NCBI RefSeq assembly: GCF_006345805.1
Contig: NW_021826743.1
Coordinates: 1 to 12,092, forward strand
Length of the DNA: 12,092 nucleotides
Origin: Octopus sinensis
Taxonomy: Eukaryota
Reading direction: 5' to 3'
Positions 7,790-12,092 of this stretch are shown one piece after another. The first letter of the stretch is position 1. Every line of letters starts with the position of its first letter. Position numbers and translations under genes: made by a program. The notes below the pieces were generated by a model. That model had not been told where the DNA came from, ran no database searches, and saw nothing but the letters and a program-made list of their open reading frames with translations.

Positions 7790-8058
7790 TTGGAAAGCGG
7801 ACTCGCGGTTGTGGGATCGCGGTTTCGATTCCCAGACCGGGCGTTGAGCGAAAACACCTAGAGCTCCACTAGGCTCCGGCAGGGGGGGGGGCGATCCCTG
7901 CTGTACTCTTTCGCCACAACTTTCTCTCGCTCTTCTGTTGGCCAGCTCGCTTAGCCAGCGGGGTGGCGTCATCGGAAGACTAAAACAATGCGAAGCATTG
8001 TAACCAGCGATGTGTAGCAACATCTGATAGCCTGGTCAGTCACGGTGATCACGGTGAT
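7790..8058 (+). mobile_element. tRNA-derived SINE family C, 5'-truncated
   Basis: Box B GGTTTCGATTCCC 7821-7833 with tRNA-like upstream GCGGACTCGCGG; box A not seen. CpG-rich body ends in a (TCACGGTGA)2 tail at 8040-8057. Confidence 0.7.
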
Positions 8059-8074
8059 ATATATATTATATAAT

Positions 8075-8107
<33 letters not shown>

Positions 8108-8121
8108 TATTATATATATAT

Positions 8122-8155
<34 letters not shown>

Positions 8156-8179
8156 TGTATGTATATATGTTGTATAATA

Positions 8180-8213
<34 letters not shown>
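8058..8213. repeat. (TA)n/(ATGT)n microsatellite between the C and D tails
   Basis: Direct inspection. Confidence 0.95.
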
Positions 8214-8534
8214 AAAGACTCCGCCAGTTACGACGACGAGGGTCCCAGCTGATACGATCAACGGAATAGCTTGCTCGTGAAATTCACGTGCAAATGGCTG
8301 AGCATTCCACAGACACGTGTACCCTAACGTAGTTCTCGGGGATAATCAGCGTGACACAGAGAGTGACAAGGCTGACCCTTTGAAATACAAGTACAACTCA
8401 TTTTTGCCAGCTGAGCGGACTGGAGCAACGTGAAATAAAGTGTCTTGCTCAAGGACACAACGCGTCGCCGGGAATCGAACTCACAACCTTACGATCATGA
8501 GCCGAATGCCCTAACCACTAAGCCACGCGCCCTC
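8214..8534 (-). mobile_element. Full-length tRNA-derived SINE family D, apparently young
   Basis: Box A TGGCTTAGTGG (8525-8515) and box B GTTCGATTCCC (8480-8470) match consensus; body GTTGTGTCCTTGAGCAAGACACTTTA; many CpGs retained. Confidence 0.92.
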
Positions 8535-8550
8535 ACATATATATATATAT

Positions 8551-8720
8551 GGTAGTTGTCTACTCCTTATGCAAAATTTGACCAGTTCCTGTACTTACAC
8601 CTCAGAGCCATGGTGACAGCTAATTTGGCTTTTTAAACCAGACAATATTTTGAAAAGACATCCACACAGATTGCACATCCGATTTGGGCCACCAAGACCC
8701 GCAGTTAAGGTCTGATCTTC
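8551..8720 (-). mobile_element. 3' terminal fragment of an RTE-like LINE with a decayed C2H2 finger
   Basis: 8675-8595 encodes CNLCGCLFKILSGLKSQISCHHGSEV* (C-x2-C-x3-F-x5-L-x2-Q-x3-H), then a short 3' UTR and an (AT)n tail at 8536-8550. Confidence 0.55.
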
Positions 8721-8730
8721 GTGGATCTTA

Positions 8731-8930
8731 AAATGCCCGAAATTTTGGGAGGGGAGGGGGTTAATTAATTATATCGACCTCAGAGTTTCACTGCTACTCA
8801 ATTTATCGAACCCCGAAAGGATGAAAAGCAAAGTCGACCTCGGCGGAATTTGCACTCAGAACGTAGCGACAGGGAAAATACCGCTAAGCATTTTGTCCAG
8901 CGTTCAAACACTTCTGCCAGCTCACCGCCT
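8731..8930 (-). mobile_element. SINE family A, full-length copy A4
   Basis: Minus-strand head GGCGGTGAGCTGGCAGAAG; body GTCGACTTTGCTTTTCATCCTTTCGGGG; tail CCCCCTCCCCTCCCAAAATTTC. Confidence 0.9.
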
Positions 8931-8933
8931 TTA

Positions 8934-9362
8934 TCTCTCTCTATATAAACGGCAGTTTGTCTGTCTGTGTGTCTGTGTGGCTGTCAGGTTGTACCCTCAC
9001 CCTGACCACGGCTTTCAACCGATTCTGATGAAACTTGACACACACATAGCCCAATGTCATAATTCAAAACTTACGCGCGAAAATTTTGAAAGTTCCCCCG
9101 GTTCTGAAAAAAAAAATCGATAATCCGACATGGGGTCGAGAATCTAAGCTTTTTATATGCAACACATTTTCTGTTGTAGTTTTCGCAACTTGCAATTGGG
9201 AGACAGCTAGAAACATCGTATACATAGAAGTATTCAAGTGAAGAGAAGACATTGCAACCTACACATGCGCCTTCGTTCCCTAGAAGGAAAGAACTAGATT
9301 GGGATTAGTCGTTGCCTACTAGGGGCTCTTACATAGCCGGGCAACGCCGGGCTATGCTGCTA

Positions 9363-9363
<1 letters not shown>
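8934..9363 (+). mobile_element. Non-autonomous Helitron (~430 bp)
   Basis: Starts TC after A8933; 5' TCTCTCTCTATATAAACGGCAGTTTGTCTGTCTG; subterminal hairpin CATAGCCGGGC-AAC-GCCGGGCTATG (9332-9356); ends CTAG (9360-9363) before T; no TSD. Confidence 0.85.

Positions 9364-9405
<42 letters not shown>
9364..9405. repeat. (TA)n
   Basis: Perfect repeat. Confidence 0.98.
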
Positions 9406-9406
<1 letters not shown>

Positions 9407-9425
9407 GATTGTAATTATTGTCAGA

Positions 9426-9487
9426 GGCCGATTAGCTTAATGGTCGAGCATTCACCGGGCATCTGGAAGTTACAGATTCGAATACCT
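9426..9487 (+). mobile_element. Orphan tRNA-like head (SINE family E or tRNA pseudogene), truncated
   Basis: GGCCGATTAGCTTAATGGTCGAGC (box A-like) ... GATTCGAATACC (degenerate box B); stops where the A5 tail begins. Confidence 0.5.
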
Positions 9488-9720
9488 ATTTCTTTACTAC
9501 CCACAAGGGGCTAAACACAGAGAGGATAAACAAGGACAGACAAAGGGATTAAGTCGATTCTATCGACCCCAGTGCGCAACTGGTACTTATTTAATCGACC
9601 TCGAAAGGATGAAAGGCAGAGTCGACCTCGGCGGAATTTGAACTCAGAACGTAACGGCAGACGAAATACGGCTACGCATTTCGCCCGGCGTGCTAACGTT
9701 TCTGCCAGCTCGAGCCACCT
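9488..9720 (-). mobile_element. SINE family A, full-length copy A5 with a different 3' tail
   Basis: Head GAGCTGGCAGAAACGTTAGCACGCCGGGCG; box B GTTCAAATTCC (9643-9633); tail TTTGTCTGTCCTTG...GCCCCTTGTGGGTAGTAAAGAAATA. Confidence 0.93.
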
Positions 9721-9857
9721 GCAGGTAACTTTTTTCTTTTGTTTTATAAGAGGGTTAAATACCCAATCTAATTCTGCTGTTCTCACACCGTTATTGCGTT
9801 CGAAATTTACTTTCTTGTCTGTAAAATACCAAACACATTCGACGCTTCCAAAGTTCA

Positions 9858-9867
9858 TATGTGTGTA

Positions 9868-9912
<45 letters not shown>

Positions 9913-9921
9913 TGTGTGTGT
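9858..9921. repeat. (TG)n
   Basis: Direct inspection. Confidence 0.97.
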
Positions 9922-9982
9922 ACACAGATCAACATACATGCATATGTGTGTATCTATGCACTTATATATGCATGTATTACCC

Positions 9983-10083
9983 TTAATTGTTTCCGTCGTT
10001 AGACTGCCGCCACAGTGGGGCACTGCCTTGAAGAATTTTTAGCCTCATGAATCGATTCCACTGCTTATTTCTTTTAAAGCCTG
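9983..10083 (-). mobile_element. SINE family B 3' fragment (B7), old
   Basis: AGACTGCCGCCACAGTGGGGCACTGCCTTGAAGAATTTTTAGCC...AATCGATTCCACTGCTTATTTCTTTTAAAGCCTG resembles the B5 and B2 3' ends. Confidence 0.7.
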
Positions 10084-10453
10084 CGGGGTGGGGGTGAAGG
10101 CAAATGGGGATGAATGTATCGATAGATGAACTGAGATTAGCAATGGAAAACGTTTCTAAATTTCGTCATAGATTTGCTTTTCGTGATATATTTGCATTTG
10201 TTATGACACACAACTGTCTATTTTGATCTATCTGTTTCTAATGCATATAACGGATTTTATTCAGCCTGATGGCTATTCGCAGCATCAGTAATAGTTCATT
10301 TACAGTCGTCCTCCATCGACGGCGACAGATTTCGTTTTAACATGCGTGCGATTGGATGTGAGCACATGCAGCTAACGACACCCAAAACGGTACAAATGCA
10401 TTTAGAATCTCACAAGCCGATGCGAGGATGATTTTCATCTGCCTTCGATATAT

Positions 10454-10701
10454 ATCTTATCTTTTATCTTGTATTTGTCTCAGTCATTTGACTGCGACCA
10501 TGTTGGAGCACCGTGTTAAAAACATTTTAGTTGAAGAAATCGTCCCTTCTACTTATTCTTCTTTAAAGCCTGGTACTTATTCCACCACTCTGCTTTGCAG
10601 AACCGTTTAGTCATGGAGACATAAACACACCAACACCTATTGCGAAGCGAAGCGGTGGTGAGGATCAAACGCAGACACAGACACAGACATAGACACAGAC
10701 A

Positions 10702-10732
<31 letters not shown>

Positions 10733-10891
10733 CACATGGGTATACGACAGGCTTTTTTCAGTTTCGGTCTACCAAATCCACTGCCCGAGGCTGTAGTAGA
10801 AAACACCCGTTCAGGGTGCCACGGAGAGGGACTGAACCTGGAACCGCGTGGTTGGGAAGTAAGCTTCGTACCACATAGCCACACCTGCGCC
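10454..10891 (-). mobile_element. SINE family B, full-length copy B5
   Basis: Minus-strand head GGCGCAGGTGTGGCTATGTGG; box B GGTTCAGTCCC; internal (CA)/(GACACA)n; tail CAGTCATTTGACTG on plus; small deletion in the left arm. Confidence 0.9.
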
Positions 10892-11309
10892 TATCTTATG
10901 AGATATTATCTTTGGACGAATACAATAATGCTTTTGCTTTACGTTAATTTTGATACACAGATGACTATTTTGATCTAATGCTGCTTCTGTCGCATGTAAT
11001 GGATTAATGTATACATATGCATCTGATTTCCAGTATGTCAGCAATAGATGTTTCGATTGGTTAACACTGCATAATTTTAAGGCTTGCAACTTCTATATTA
11101 TTAATTTAAAGAGAAAAAGAAGAAAAACAAGAAGTGAATGTAATTTTCGATTTCAGTATGTTCGATTTCAGAGTAGAAGATTTGAAAATATCCTCGTGGT
11201 TATTTGAGAAAATTCTTGTGGTTCGAAAGTATTAAAAAAAGACTCGGGGTTGAGGTGTAGCAATTTACTCGCTATTTCTAGCTTTGTTGAAAGACACCAT
11301 AGAACCTAC

Positions 11310-11462
11310 TTCCACCACCACTAGCACCACCACCACCGCCGCCGCTGCCGTCAACACCACCACGTCCACGACGACGACGACCACCACCACGACCACCACG
11401 ACCACCGCCACTACCACCACCACCACTACGACCACCACCACCACCACCACCACCACCACCAC
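11310..11462. repeat. Compound (ACC/ACG/GCC/ACT)n microsatellite
   Basis: Source of the poly-T/poly-V ORFs. Confidence 0.95.
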
Positions 11463-11594
11463 CGACCGACTGAGACAGTGCTCTAGAGATGCTGCTGCTA
11501 CCATTTCTATTGTTGTTGTAGCCATCTTACTGCTGATACATGTTGCTTTTGGTGGTGCTGTTGCTAGTACACTCGCTATAGTGCTATTATGTAC

Positions 11595-11597
<3 letters not shown>

Positions 11598-11654
<57 letters not shown>
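11598..11654. repeat. (TA)n
   Basis: Perfect repeat. Confidence 0.98.
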
Positions 11655-11657
<3 letters not shown>

Positions 11658-11666
11658 GTATGTCTG

Positions 11667-12092
11667 TATTCTTTTTATTCTTTCACTTGTTTCAGTCATT
11701 TGACTACGGCCATGCTGGAACACCGCCTTTGCTCGAACAAATCGACCCCATGACTTATTCTTTGTAAGCCTAATACTTACTCTAACGGTCTCTTTAGCCG
11801 AACTGCTAAGCTACGGGAACGTAAACACACCAGCATCGGTTGTCAAACGGTGGGGGGGGGGGACAAACACAGACACACAAACACACACACACATCCATCC
11901 ATACATACATACATACATACATACATACATACATACATACATACATACGTACATACATACATATATATATATAAGGGCTTCTTTCAGTTTCCGTCTACCA
12001 AATCCACTCACAAGGCCCTGGTCGGCCCGAGAATATAGTTGAAGATACTTGCCCAAGGTGCCATGCAGTGGGAATGAATCCGGAAACCATGT
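11667..12092 (-). mobile_element. SINE family B copy B6, head cut by the window end
   Basis: Reverse complement of B3 from the tail (CAGTCATTTGACT) through an internal (CATA)n to GGGAATGAATCCGGAAACCATGT. Confidence 0.92.

Noticed and set aside
8460-8534. Possible tRNA gene (also the heads at 5970-6040 and 9640-9715)
   Set aside because: A and B boxes are present, but there is no pairing 3' acceptor strand or T-run terminator, and each continues into a SINE body.
8593-8615. Perfect Kozak CACCATGG followed by GT/GTAAGT on the minus strand (MALR...)
   Set aside because: It overlaps the C2H2-like end of the LINE fragment in another frame; better explained as chance within TE sequence.
8821-10042. 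ORFs 8821-9123, 9511-10023 and 9572-10042
   Set aside because: They run across SINE A, Helitron and (TG)n boundaries, so they are chance open frames.

Overview
AT-rich, microsatellite-dense eukaryotic DNA, most likely intronic or intergenic octopus (coleoid cephalopod) sequence, judged from the SINE families and compound microsatellites. No confidently identifiable host protein-coding gene is present, and nearly all long ORFs in the track are translations of simple repeats or SINEs. The window holds: the 3' end of an R4/Dong-like non-LTR retrotransposon abutting a (TAA)n tract; about 15 copies or fragments of tRNA-derived SINEs from 4-5 families (working labels A-E are mine); an RTE-like LINE tail with a decayed C2H2 finger; and a complete ~430-bp non-autonomous Helitron (A|TC...hairpin-CTAG|T). 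The most notable item is a minimal type I hammerhead-ribozyme motif of the Penelope-like-element kind at ~7543-7641, with a decayed second copy at ~4439-4529 (-). SINE families A and B share a central module whose hairpin shows a compensatory base change. A speculative spliced minus-strand micro-gene (5197-5169, 4634-4583, ~3200-3040) has an in-frame UGA in a hairpin loop. All family assignments come from motif recognition, not database searches.
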